From a virus (Duplodnaviria; Caudoviricetes), in IMG/VR virus record IMGVR_UViG_3300022305_000326, positions 1-64,000 of that record: a stretch of 64,000 nucleotides of DNA, one strand, 5' to 3'. The position numbers were made by a program, and so were the translations under genes. Shown here piece by piece: positions 26,863 to 36,782 of the stretch. The notes below the pieces were generated by a model that had not been told where the DNA came from, made no database searches, and saw nothing but the letters and a program-made list of their open reading frames with translations. Position 1 is the first letter of the stretch, and each line of letters opens with the position of its first letter.

Positions 26863-28674
26863 ATGGCAATTGCATACCTATTACTTCCAGCTTCTACATT
26901 CTATGATCAGGTTGATAAAATCAACGAGATCATCGATTATCTTAATGCCCCATCTTCACCGATCACGACATATGCTAACCTGACAATAAATCCGGGTCCA
27001 CTACTTGTCGGTACTACGGTCGATAACGGTGCGGCTAATACCCAATTAAGAGCTAATGCCAGATCGAGAGCATTGGACCTCTATGGCGCAGCAGCATTCG
27101 ATGACGGGTCCGCTGTAAGTCCATCAATAGCATTCAGAAATTCTATAAACACTGGATTTTACCGTCAAGGTACAAACTCAATTGGTGTCTCAACCAGTGG
27201 TGTTAACCGTATGACTGTTACCGCTGCTGGGCTGATCGGAATTGGAACACAGTCACCATCTACAGCATTACATGTTATAGGTTCTTTGACTTACACCGGA
27301 TTGAGTATAAACAATGCAAATTCATCTGGATATAATGATCTAATCGGAACAAACAGCGTAGAACGATATTACTTGTTAGGGACTCTGCCTCTCAACAATG
27401 CAGGTAATTACGGTGCCATGAAACTGAAAGGTACATTTGGTTTCTGGGTGAACGGTGGTCGATATATATTGGATGCATATTTCTCAAATAGAGACGGATT
27501 CTCTGCAACCACTAGTATACGTCGTGCTGAGAAATTATCTGCTGGGTCTATTCGTCCAGTAGTATATCAACAGACTGATGGAACAATCAGTGTTTATGTG
27601 TATTGCCCTGCCACATCGTTTCATATTTTCTCATGCGAAATTCATGATTCTATTCAGGTATCAAACAACCCGAATTACATCACGTATTCTAGCACGTTAC
27701 CAACTGGAACATTGGTCTATGACGCACTTACTGCATCCAAGGATGTTCAGTATAACACTAATGGAACGTTAACCGTAACAACAAATGTTAACAATAACAC
27801 TGGTGGTATTAAAGTAACTGACTCATTAAGTTCAATAACTGCAAGTGTTTGGGCTGGTTCGACTGGCGTTTATTTCGGTTCAGAAACAGGCATCAACGTT
27901 CCTGCTATTGTAAAGTCTAACGGTACAAATATCGTTTCATTCTCGACCTCATCTGCTGCATTCACTGTGCCGATTAATGCGCCGTCTGGGACTATTACGA
28001 CACTTGCCGCATCAACATTTTCTGCTGCAACATCCATCAGTTTAAGCGATTTCAGCGTACTTCCAACAACTCCTGCTACTACAAGAGTCGCAACTGTCAC
28101 TCAGACTGATGCAAGATACTTGAGATTAGCTGGCGGTACAATGACTGGTCCATTAATCCTAAGTGCTGACCCTACAGCAGCTTTGGGTGCTGCAACTAAA
28201 CAGTATGTTGATAATTCAACTAGTGCGGCTATTCCGACTTATATAAACCCTATTGTCGTCTTTACAAAGGAAGTTGTACCACCAGTCAGAGATGTTGGTG
28301 TTGACGATGGCGGTGGTGACTTCACTGTTAATAATGCTGGCGTTTTGACTGTTGCTAATCCGTCAAATTGGAGAACTTACTCAATCCCTAGTGGTATACC
28401 TTCAACGGCTAAGGCTATCCTTGTAAAATGCGTGTTGAGAACGAACAATTCCGCTCTCGCAATTATGGCAAGAATGCATTCAACTGCCCCAGTCTTTGTA
28501 TTGAACCACATATACGCATTGGGTGGTGGTGATAGCATCCGCGACCAAACAACGACAGTAATTCCAATACAAGTAGCTCCGGGAAATCTGTTACCATCAT
28601 ATGATCTAATTCTAATGTTAGCCAATACATCAAATTATTGGGACTATAAAGTAGTGATCGTTGGGTATCAATAA
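26863..28674 (+). CDS. Fibre protein inserted between neck genes (possible collar/whisker fibre)
   Basis: TF.DQ..KINEI N-terminal anchor; DGSA..PSIAF....TGFY, GLIGIGT.SP...LHV fibre motifs; GGTMTGPL.L.ADP...AATKQYVD. Confidence 0.6.
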   Translation: MAIAYLLLPASTFYDQVDKINEIIDYLNAPSSPITTYANLTINPGPLLVGTTVDNGAANTQLRANARSRALDLYGAAAFDDGSAVSPSIAFRNSINTGFYRQGTNSIGVSTSGVNRMTVTAAGLIGIGTQSPSTALHVIGSLTYTGLSINNANSSGYNDLIGTNSVERYYLLGTLPLNNAGNYGAMKLKGTFGFWVNGGRYILDAYFSNRDGFSATTSIRRAEKLSAGSIRPVVYQQTDGTISVYVYCPATSFHIFSCEIHDSIQVSNNPNYITYSSTLPTGTLVYDALTASKDVQYNTNGTLTVTTNVNNNTGGIKVTDSLSSITASVWAGSTGVYFGSETGINVPAIVKSNGTNIVSFSTSSAAFTVPINAPSGTITTLAASTFSAATSISLSDFSVLPTTPATTRVATVTQTDARYLRLAGGTMTGPLILSADPTAALGAATKQYVDNSTSAAIPTYINPIVVFTKEVVPPVRDVGVDDGGGDFTVNNAGVLTVANPSNWRTYSIPSGIPSTAKAILVKCVLRTNNSALAIMARMHSTAPVFVLNHIYALGGGDSIRDQTTTVIPIQVAPGNLLPSYDLILMLANTSNYWDYKVVIVGYQ

Positions 28675-29528
28675 TGCCGCAGACAATCAATCAAGTATTT
28701 GATTTTTTTCACATAGACGACGAGCAGCTTCTAGTCGAAGATTTGATCATTGAATCGATCCAGATTTTCGGTCTAGAGGTTCTGTACATCCCAAGAAAAT
28801 ATATCAACCTTGATAGATACTATGGCGAGGATGTTATATCGTCATTCGAGCGATCATATCCAATCGAAATGTATATCAAGAATATAACGTCTTATGATGG
28901 CCAAAGAGAATTTATGTCGAAATTTGATATCCAATTGAGAAACGAAATATCGTTCAATGTTGCTATCAGACGTTTCGATGAGATGGTAATTGATCCTCAT
29001 AAAACTCAAACAACAGAAACATTACTACGTCCGAAAGAAGGTGATTTGATTTACTTTACTTTGGATAAACGTCTGTTCGAGATTTCTAATGTCGAAAAAC
29101 GTTCTGTATTCTTCCAGATCGGTAATCTATACATGTACGAACTGAATTGCAAACAATTTGAAATTTCCGGTGAACGATTCAAGACTGGCAATGATCAGAT
29201 TGATATTATTGAAGATATGAACAATTACGAAGTCACACTAGAAGTAACGTCTGGATTCGGTGACTACATTCTCGGTGAAAAGGTATCTCTTGGAGATTTC
29301 TCTGGTATTGTAACGGAGTGGAACGTAGATACTTCTAAGTTGTCATTGATGCGTCCAAAAAACGAACTACCTATAACTGGTCTATTAACAGGTGAAACCT
29401 CTGGCGCAACCTACATGTTAGCGTCTGATGTAGAAATTGAACAGAATACAAATGAACCAATTGTCGATAACGATGTCTCGAAAAATGTCGAGTTCCTATT
29501 GACAAATACAAATCCATTATCAGGATAA
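28674..29528 (+). CDS. gp14: Neck protein
   Basis: EQ.LVEDLIIESIQIFG..V.YIPR; RPKEGDLIYF; LFEI..VE....FFQIG. Confidence 0.95.
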   Translation: MPQTINQVFDFFHIDDEQLLVEDLIIESIQIFGLEVLYIPRKYINLDRYYGEDVISSFERSYPIEMYIKNITSYDGQREFMSKFDIQLRNEISFNVAIRRFDEMVIDPHKTQTTETLLRPKEGDLIYFTLDKRLFEISNVEKRSVFFQIGNLYMYELNCKQFEISGERFKTGNDQIDIIEDMNNYEVTLEVTSGFGDYILGEKVSLGDFSGIVTEWNVDTSKLSLMRPKNELPITGLLTGETSGATYMLASDVEIEQNTNEPIVDNDVSKNVEFLLTNTNPLSG

Positions 29529-29530
29529 TC

Positions 29531-30310
29531 ATGTCGATCACAAACAAATACTATTTTCATGACTTGATCAGAAAATACTCAATCGCATTCGGATCATTAT
29601 TCGAAAACATTCAAATCGTCCGATATAATTCTGACGGAACCGAGGAAAGTCGTGAGCGAGTAATTTGTAATCAAGCTCCAAAAGAAAAGTATTTTGCTAG
29701 AACAGAACAAGACCCTGAACTATCTCGTAATGTGGCCTTCAAGTCTCCTAGAATGGCGTATGAGCTTGTTGACATGAAATATGATCCAGAGCGTAGGGCT
29801 GCTGCTTTAAACATCCTACGCAACGGCACAGGAGCTAATGCAGATGGTACTGTGAAGGCATCTTACTATCCTGTACCGTACAACCTAACATTTGAGCTTT
29901 ATATTCAGACAAAAAACATAATTGACGGTAATCAGATTGTCGAACAGATCATGCCGTTCTTCGGTCCAGATTGGAATATAAAAATAAACCCTGTTGCTGG
30001 ACTGTGCGTATATCTAAATCTTCCGGTGACAATGAATGACATATCGTGGGTTGACACCTTCGAAGGTCCATTTGTAGACAGACGAGAAATCATGTGGACT
30101 CTGCGTTTCACAATGAAGGCATATTTCTTTGGACCTGTTTCAGATAGACCTGTCATCAAAGAAACAATAATTTCATACAACACTGATACTCCGGACGGTC
30201 CAATTCTAGAATATACCATCAACGGTGTCCCACACGTTGATGGTAAGACTCTAGACCAAATTGGATCAAATGATGATTATACATACGTAGAAACTATAAC
30301 AGAGAACTGA
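29531..30310 (+). CDS. gp15: Tail sheath stabilizer/terminator
   Basis: IRKY.IAFGSLF.NI; PR M.YE....YD..R; PVPYNL.FEL; QIVEQI.PFF.P. Confidence 0.95.
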   Translation: MSITNKYYFHDLIRKYSIAFGSLFENIQIVRYNSDGTEESRERVICNQAPKEKYFARTEQDPELSRNVAFKSPRMAYELVDMKYDPERRAAALNILRNGTGANADGTVKASYYPVPYNLTFELYIQTKNIIDGNQIVEQIMPFFGPDWNIKINPVAGLCVYLNLPVTMNDISWVDTFEGPFVDRREIMWTLRFTMKAYFFGPVSDRPVIKETIISYNTDTPDGPILEYTINGVPHVDGKTLDQIGSNDDYTYVETITEN

Positions 30311-30311
30311 A

Positions 30312-30761
30312 GTGTCTGATAATAATGATATTTTTCAAAATCCCGATGAATTGGGTATCGAACCCTACACAGTGTCGGGCGATCTTCCTGTTGAAACTGT
30401 TCCATCGGATGTTGTCAAGGCGGAAGAGGTATCGGAAATAGATGTTGCGAAAGCGAATCTTCTTATGATAACCGAAACGGGTAATAAGGCGCTAAAGCAA
30501 TTGTATAATTTGGCCGTTGCTACTGATGATCCTAGAGTCTATCGTGCATTATCGGAATTGATGGGAACCGTTGCTGGTGCTAACAGAGAGATCATAGAAC
30601 TTTACAAAGTAAAGAACGACGTTAACCGTAACACTGGTCCAGCGCAGAATGTCACCAACAATACGTTGTTTGTTGGTTCAAGTGCTGAATTGAACAAGTT
30701 CATCAGCGAAATGAAGCGAAACAACGATCCACCAGAATTAGAAGCATATATCGATGACTGA
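30312..30761 (+). CDS. gp16: Terminase small subunit
   Basis: PRVY..LSELM; NVTNNTLFVGSSAEL; overlaps gp17 start. Confidence 0.9.
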   Translation: MSDNNDIFQNPDELGIEPYTVSGDLPVETVPSDVVKAEEVSEIDVAKANLLMITETGNKALKQLYNLAVATDDPRVYRALSELMGTVAGANREIIELYKVKNDVNRNTGPAQNVTNNTLFVGSSAELNKFISEMKRNNDPPELEAYIDD

Positions 30762-32442
30762 ATCAATGCGCCATAACGGTATCCCTACTTACATGGGGAA
30801 CCGTAATCTTAAAAAGGCTGGTGTTGCTTTAGAATGGACACACGAGCAGATACAAGAATACGCCAAGTGTAAGGAAGACCCGATTTATTTCGTGGAAACC
30901 TACATGAAGATTATTAACGTTGATCGTGGTCTTATTCCGCTTAAATTGTACCCGTATCAGAAAAGACTACTCAAAGCATTCCTGACCAAGAACCGCGTGC
31001 TGGCTAGAATGAGTCGTCAGTGTGGTAAGTCAACGACGTATTGTGCATTCGTATTACATTACATCATATTCAACGATTATAAGAAAATTGCAATTCTCGC
31101 TAACAAAGGTGAAACTGCAATCGATCTCTTGGGTCGTGTTCAGATGGCATACGAAAACCTTCCAAAATGGCTTCAGCACGGTGTTGTCGAATATAACAAG
31201 AAATCCTTCGTCCTTGAAAACGAATCGTCCGTGATCGCTGCTGCAACGTCTTCTGACAGCATCCGTGGTCAGGCTGTTAACGTCGTTATTCTAGACGAGG
31301 TGGCGTTCATCGATAGATGGGATGAATTCTACGCATCGACTTATCCAGTAATTACTTCTGGTAAGGATACTAAGCTTATTTTCGTTAGTACACCTAGAGG
31401 ATTGAACCATTTCTATAAATTCTGGAAAGAAGGTACGGAAAAGGAATTGGACGAAGCTGGTAAACCTACAGGGAACACCAGAAACGGTTTCACTGTAATT
31501 GACATGAAATGGGATGACGTTCCCGGTCGTGACGCAGCATTCAGAAAGAAGATTATTGCCGAAACTTCATTGGAACAGTGGAACGTAGAATACTGTTGTG
31601 AATTCTTAGGGTCATCTGGGACATTGATAAGTGGTTCTAAATTGAAGCAGTTGTCGTCGATGATGCCAAAAGACACTGTTGCGGAGTTCAAGATTAGAGT
31701 ATACGAAGAACCAGTTCCCGGTCATCGTTATATTACGAGTGTGGACGTTTCTCGTGGCGTTGGTCTTGACGCATCTGCTATATCAGTCATCGACATTACG
31801 AACAAGCCGTTCAAGCAGGTTTGTGTCATGAACAATTCGAATCTGTTCCCGCATGAACTTGAACGTGTCGTCACATCGTTAGGTAAGAAATATAACAATT
31901 CTTATTTGTTAATTGAGAATAATGATCTCGGTCAAGGTGTAGCTTACAATATATTCACATTACATGAATATGAGTATGTCCTATTCTCGAAACCAATGGG
32001 TCAAGCAGGATTACAGGTAACGTTGGATTCTCGTGATACAACACCGGGATTGAAGACAACAAAGAAAACTAAACAGATTGGTTGTCAGACTCTAAAGAAT
32101 CTTATCGAAAGTAATCAGCTATCCGTTGTTGACGAACCAACCATTAATGAATTGTATAACTTCATCAAAGTTAAAGACACCTATAAAGCTGATGATGGCT
32201 ATATGGATGACTTGGCAATGTCACTCGTTATATTCGCCTATCTTGCTGACACAGAGTTGTTCAAGGAATTACAAGGTACTAATTTCAAACTAACGACTGA
32301 CTATACTAAAGAGCAGTTTGATCTTCCTAATATCATAACACCTGATGATTATGTTCTATCATCCAGTTTCATTAGAGTAGGTGGTGATGTTTGGTTCACT
32401 GATTCTGATATGTCTGATAACGCATTCAACTTCAACTGGTAA
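30754..32442 (+). CDS. gp17: Terminase large subunit
   Basis: SRQCGKST Walker A; VILDEVAF Walker B; STPRG.NHF; RNase H-like DVSRG, DDLAM. Confidence 0.97.
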   Translation: MTESMRHNGIPTYMGNRNLKKAGVALEWTHEQIQEYAKCKEDPIYFVETYMKIINVDRGLIPLKLYPYQKRLLKAFLTKNRVLARMSRQCGKSTTYCAFVLHYIIFNDYKKIAILANKGETAIDLLGRVQMAYENLPKWLQHGVVEYNKKSFVLENESSVIAAATSSDSIRGQAVNVVILDEVAFIDRWDEFYASTYPVITSGKDTKLIFVSTPRGLNHFYKFWKEGTEKELDEAGKPTGNTRNGFTVIDMKWDDVPGRDAAFRKKIIAETSLEQWNVEYCCEFLGSSGTLISGSKLKQLSSMMPKDTVAEFKIRVYEEPVPGHRYITSVDVSRGVGLDASAISVIDITNKPFKQVCVMNNSNLFPHELERVVTSLGKKYNNSYLLIENNDLGQGVAYNIFTLHEYEYVLFSKPMGQAGLQVTLDSRDTTPGLKTTKKTKQIGCQTLKNLIESNQLSVVDEPTINELYNFIKVKDTYKADDGYMDDLAMSLVIFAYLADTELFKELQGTNFKLTTDYTKEQFDLPNIITPDDYVLSSSFIRVGGDVWFTDSDMSDNAFNFNW

Positions 32443-32475
32443 TTATTATATTATCATCCGGGGCACGATTTCTTT

Positions 32476-32504
32476 ATTATAGTGACGAGTTGAGTTATTG
32501 TCAA
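32476..32504 (-). promoter_or_regulatory. Perfect sigma70 consensus promoter TTGACA-N17-TATAAT, pointing antisense into gp17
   Basis: Reverse complement reads TTGACA ataactcaactcgtcac TATAAT. Confidence 0.8.
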
Positions 32505-32528
32505 TAGGCAAATGAAAATAATTTGTAT

Positions 32529-32564
32529 TTGTTTTTAATCATGTGGTTAGGTAAACTTACCTAA
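32529..32564 (+). promoter_or_regulatory. Candidate sigma70 promoter for gp55 (TTGTTT-N17-TAAACT) overlapped by the palindrome TTAGGTAA-ac-TTACCTAA
   Basis: Spacing and inverted repeat read directly; SD aaggag follows. Confidence 0.45.
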
Positions 32565-32579
32565 ATCAAGGAGACTGTT

Positions 32580-33260
32580 ATGAGTGAAGAAGAAAAACCG
32601 ATGAGAAAGAAGAAGCGTTCAGAGAACTATGTTGATGGTAAGAAATTTTTTGAAGCTATACGTGACTATAAAGTCTTAGTCAAATCAGCCGAAGCTGAAG
32701 GCAGAAAGAAACCAAAAATTCCTGAGTATATCGGGGAATGCATTTACAAGATTGCATCAAACCTCATCAGAAGCTATAAATTCAATGGAAAATATAGCTT
32801 CGAAGATCAGATGATCTCAGATGCATGTTTGCAATGTATTGAATATTTGGATACATTTGATCCTGAAAGATCATCATCTGCGTTTTCATTCTTTACACAG
32901 ACTTGTTACAACACGTTCATTCGTCGTATCAAGATCGAAAAGAAAGCAATGTATATCAGAACGAAGCTCATAATCGATATGCCAGCTAATGGTGAACTCG
33001 CTGATTCTGAGTCAGATGACCATAGCATGGATAATATAGAGGTTGCATATGAAAACATGCATGAATTCGTAAGAGATTATGAAACTAAGAATGGCCTCAA
33101 TAAGCCACGTAAGAAGCGCGGATCAAAGGATGATACCGTTGATCCGGATAAGGTAGAAGTCACGCCATTGGCCCGTTGTGGACTCTTCGGTAGGCGTCCG
33201 AAACAGGTCGTAGTCGATGAGATCGGTGTCGATCTAGATGAAGATAATTATGAAATTTAA
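32580..33260 (+). CDS. gp55: Late transcription sigma factor
   Basis: NYVD.K.F, IPEYIGEC.YKIA..L, MISDA, FDPE.S..AF.FFTQ..Y..F.RRI..EKK. Confidence 0.95.
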   Translation: MSEEEKPMRKKKRSENYVDGKKFFEAIRDYKVLVKSAEAEGRKKPKIPEYIGECIYKIASNLIRSYKFNGKYSFEDQMISDACLQCIEYLDTFDPERSSSAFSFFTQTCYNTFIRRIKIEKKAMYIRTKLIIDMPANGELADSESDDHSMDNIEVAYENMHEFVRDYETKNGLNKPRKKRGSKDDTVDPDKVEVTPLARCGLFGRRPKQVVVDEIGVDLDEDNYEI

Positions 33261-33273
33261 GTGAAGGAGTTAT

Positions 33274-34365
33274 ATGAAATTAGCGATTATATCGGATACC
33301 CATTGTGGTATTAGAAATGATTCAGTCCAGTTTATGGACTATCAGGACAGATTTTTCAGTAGAACATTTTTCCCCTATTGCGTAGAAAATGAGATAACGA
33401 CGATTTTGCATCTTGGTGATATGTTTGATCGTCGGAAATATATCAATCATCATAGTCTAGAACGATTCCATACAATGTTCGTTGAGCCTGTGATGAAATA
33501 TGACATGCAGGTATACGTCACTGTCGGTAATCATGACGTGTACTGGAAAAATACAAACAAGGTTTCATCGGTAAAGAACATACTTGGTAACAATAGTAAT
33601 TTCCATATTATTGATGTTAATCCAATGATCGTGAATTTTGATGGCACCCCTGTAGGACTTGTTCCTTGGATAACGGATGATAATCATGACGAATGCATGA
33701 ATTTCATCAACACATCCCACACTAAAACCAAATATGTGTTCGGTCACTTTGAGATTAAGAATTTCGAAATGATGCGCGGTACGATGTCAACAGTCGGTAT
33801 TGATAGAGACATCTTCGGGAAATATGATCTTGTAGGAAGCGGACACTATCATACAAAATCAGAGGATGGTCCAATCGTATACTTCGGTACGCAGATGGAA
33901 TTCACATGGTCAGACTTCAACGACAAGAAATATTTTCATGTTTTTGATACGGATGCCAAGACCATAGAATCGATTCAGAATCCAGAAATCATGTTCTGTC
34001 GAGTGTTTTATGATGATATTGCGTATAAGAACCCACTTGACATCATCAAGGATTGCGACTATTCAGAGAAATGTGTCAGAATCATTGTCAAAAAGAAAGA
34101 AAACTTGATCGCATATGAAGAATTCATCAAGACGATCAAATCAATGAATCCATTCGATATGGTTGTCATGGACGAAGCTGCATTCAAGATGATCCAGAGT
34201 GACGCCGAATTTGAAGATTATGAAGAAGAGTGGGATAATGTACCAACAACAATGGATGTTCTTAATCAATATGTCGATGGTATGGAATCAATGAATGTGG
34301 ATATCAAAGAACCACTTAAGACGCTATTCGGTGATTTGTATCTAGCATCAATGCACAAGGAATAA
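33274..34365 (+). CDS. gp47: Recombination endonuclease subunit (Mre11/SbcD-like)
   Basis: DTHCG, HLGDMFDRR, GNHD, GHFE, SGHYH. Confidence 0.95.
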   Translation: MKLAIISDTHCGIRNDSVQFMDYQDRFFSRTFFPYCVENEITTILHLGDMFDRRKYINHHSLERFHTMFVEPVMKYDMQVYVTVGNHDVYWKNTNKVSSVKNILGNNSNFHIIDVNPMIVNFDGTPVGLVPWITDDNHDECMNFINTSHTKTKYVFGHFEIKNFEMMRGTMSTVGIDRDIFGKYDLVGSGHYHTKSEDGPIVYFGTQMEFTWSDFNDKKYFHVFDTDAKTIESIQNPEIMFCRVFYDDIAYKNPLDIIKDCDYSEKCVRIIVKKKENLIAYEEFIKTIKSMNPFDMVVMDEAAFKMIQSDAEFEDYEEEWDNVPTTMDVLNQYVDGMESMNVDIKEPLKTLFGDLYLASMHKE

Positions 34366-34368
34366 TGA

Positions 34369-36072
34369 ATGTTAAATCTACAAACCATAACATATAAAAA
34401 TTTCATGGGAGTTGGAAATAGCCCGATCACAGTAGACCTAACAAAACATAACACTACATTGATCACCGGCCTTAATGGTGCAGGTAAGAGTTCACTATTA
34501 GAGGCGATTGTATTTGCACTGTACAATAGATCATATAGAGGTGTTAATAAAGATGAACTCATTAACAAAACGAATCAAAAGGCTTGTTCAGTAGAATTGT
34601 CATTCTCTATAGGATCGAAGCAGTATAAGATCGTCAGAGGTATGAAACCTTCCATATTTCAGATATATGAAAATGGGGTACTGTTCGACAAGGATGCTGC
34701 GATCAAAGATCATCAGTCATTTTTAGAAGATGTGATTATCAAAAGAACGTTCAAGACATTCTGTCAGGTCGATATTTTGGGGTCAGCCAACTACGTACCA
34801 TTCATGCAATTGAAATCTCAAGATAGACGAGATATTGTAGAAAATCTATTAGAAATTTCAGTTTTCTCTGAAATGAACAAGAATCTTAAAGTTAAAGTCT
34901 CTGAATGGGACGCTTTAAGGTTAGAAAACATTAGATCGATAGAACGCACCGAAATCAATATCGAGAATCAGCGTAAATTCATTGACCGAATTGATACTGA
35001 TACCACCAAGAGAATATCGCAGTTGGCCAATGATATCTCTATTATAAAGGCAAGTATTTTGCAAAATGATGAAATTATCAAATCTTTGAGAGGGTATAAA
35101 ACATCATATGAACAATTAGAGCTTGCAAAATATCAGAAAAGCGATACGTTGAAAAAGTATCAGTTCACTGTCACACAATTAGAAAGAAAACTTTCACAAT
35201 TTAAGGATGTAGCTCACGATTGTTCTGAATGTGATAGACCCCATGACCCAACAAAAATAGCATATTTACAGGCGATAGTTGACAGTGATCGCAAGAAATG
35301 TGTAGATGAAATCTCTGAATATAAGAGTTCCATCAAATCTCTTGAGGACGAAATTTTAACACTCGGTAATGGTATGTTGGGGCTGAAATCGGATATCGAA
35401 AAATTGAATACGTTAGAGGCAGAACGTAAATTCAACATCAATAATGGCATTAAATTGTCAAATGACTTGAAGTTATTGAAGTCTGAGGCCAATAATGACA
35501 TAGCAGCAGAACGTGAAGTGCTATCGGAACTTGCCAATGAATTAAAAAATCTTAAAATAGAAGAGTCGAATCTACTAACAGCTAAAAGTGTACTGGATTC
35601 AGCAGGAAAACTTTTAAAGGATACTGGTATTAAAACGGTTATTATTAAAAAATATATTCCGTTATTCAATCAGTATGTTAACAAGTACCTCACAATGTTG
35701 AATTTTAATGTCAAATTTGCACTGGATGAGAATTTCAACGACACTATTACAGTTTTCGGTGGACAACAATTCCCATATAAGTTATTCTCAATGGGGCAGC
35801 AGATGCGAATCGATTTGGCTGTACTATTTGCATGGAGAGAGTTAGCTAAAACTAAAAACTCTATGTCATGTAATTTCCTAGCACTTGACGAAATATTTGA
35901 TAGCTCTCTAGACGCACAGGGCGCAGAAGATTTGATGACTATTTTGACTTCATTAGGTCAGGATGCTAGAATAGTCGTAGTATCACATCGATCAGATAAT
36001 TTGGTTGACATACTAGATAGGCACTTAGTATTCACGATGAAGAATGGATTCACTTCAGTAGAAGAACAGTAA
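34369..36072 (+). CDS. gp46: Recombination ATPase subunit (Rad50/SbcC-like)
   Basis: GLNGAGKS Walker A; coiled coil with CSEC hook; LDEIFDSSLD; VSH. Confidence 0.95.
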   Translation: MLNLQTITYKNFMGVGNSPITVDLTKHNTTLITGLNGAGKSSLLEAIVFALYNRSYRGVNKDELINKTNQKACSVELSFSIGSKQYKIVRGMKPSIFQIYENGVLFDKDAAIKDHQSFLEDVIIKRTFKTFCQVDILGSANYVPFMQLKSQDRRDIVENLLEISVFSEMNKNLKVKVSEWDALRLENIRSIERTEINIENQRKFIDRIDTDTTKRISQLANDISIIKASILQNDEIIKSLRGYKTSYEQLELAKYQKSDTLKKYQFTVTQLERKLSQFKDVAHDCSECDRPHDPTKIAYLQAIVDSDRKKCVDEISEYKSSIKSLEDEILTLGNGMLGLKSDIEKLNTLEAERKFNINNGIKLSNDLKLLKSEANNDIAAEREVLSELANELKNLKIEESNLLTAKSVLDSAGKLLKDTGIKTVIIKKYIPLFNQYVNKYLTMLNFNVKFALDENFNDTITVFGGQQFPYKLFSMGQQMRIDLAVLFAWRELAKTKNSMSCNFLALDEIFDSSLDAQGAEDLMTILTSLGQDARIVVVSHRSDNLVDILDRHLVFTMKNGFTSVEEQ

Positions 36073-36093
36073 TTTAAATAATGCGGAGACAAT

Positions 36094-36768
36094 ATGAAAC
36101 TTTCAAAAGATACACTCTTAATCCTTAAAAATTTCGGAGCCATCAACGACAATATCTTGTTTAGGCCCGGTAACGTAGTTGTAACAGGTTCACCAGTTGG
36201 AGACATTTACGCTTCAGCAACAGTAGAAGAAACCTTTCCGATGGAATTTGGAATTTACAATCTCTCAAAATTCCTGAGCGCAATTTCCCTCTTTAAAGAT
36301 TCCGATTTAGTCTTCGAAGACGAAAATTTTGTTATCATCAACGGCACTAATGGATCAAGCCTAAAATACGTATTCTCCGAACCGAATACATTGGTCACAC
36401 CACCAGACGAAATTGGTGATGATTTCCCAGAGCTAGAAGAAACATTCAAGCTAAGCTCTATTCAGTTAGACTCAGTGCTCAAGGCAGCATCTACTTTGGG
36501 CGTCAAGGATATTTGTTTTATTTCCGAAGGCGATACTGTGTCATTGGTGGCAGTTGATTTATCGAACCCATCCAGCGACAGATTTTCCCTTGATATTGGA
36601 CATAGTTCAAATATCTTCTCCATCAACTTTCCGGTTGAAGTTCTGAAGATACTTCCGGGAGATTATACGGTCGGATTTTCAAGAACTGGTATTTCTAATT
36701 GGCTACATTCTTCTGGTACCGTTACATATTGGATTGCGTCATCAACGACCTCAACGTTCGAAGATTGA
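36094..36768 (+). CDS. gp45: Sliding clamp
   Basis: MKLSKDTL.ILKNF..IN; F.IY.L..FL; LPGDY.V; YWIA; TTTAAATA box at 36073-36080. Confidence 0.95.
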   Translation: MKLSKDTLLILKNFGAINDNILFRPGNVVVTGSPVGDIYASATVEETFPMEFGIYNLSKFLSAISLFKDSDLVFEDENFVIINGTNGSSLKYVFSEPNTLVTPPDEIGDDFPELEETFKLSSIQLDSVLKAASTLGVKDICFISEGDTVSLVAVDLSNPSSDRFSLDIGHSSNIFSINFPVEVLKILPGDYTVGFSRTGISNWLHSSGTVTYWIASSTTSTFED

Positions 36769-36782
36769 TAAAGGGATAAATT

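Noticed and set aside
35770-35820. gp46 ABC signature reads FSMGQ instead of FSEGE
   Set aside because: The key Ser and Gly are kept and the Walker A/B, D-loop and H-loop are intact; likely ordinary divergence
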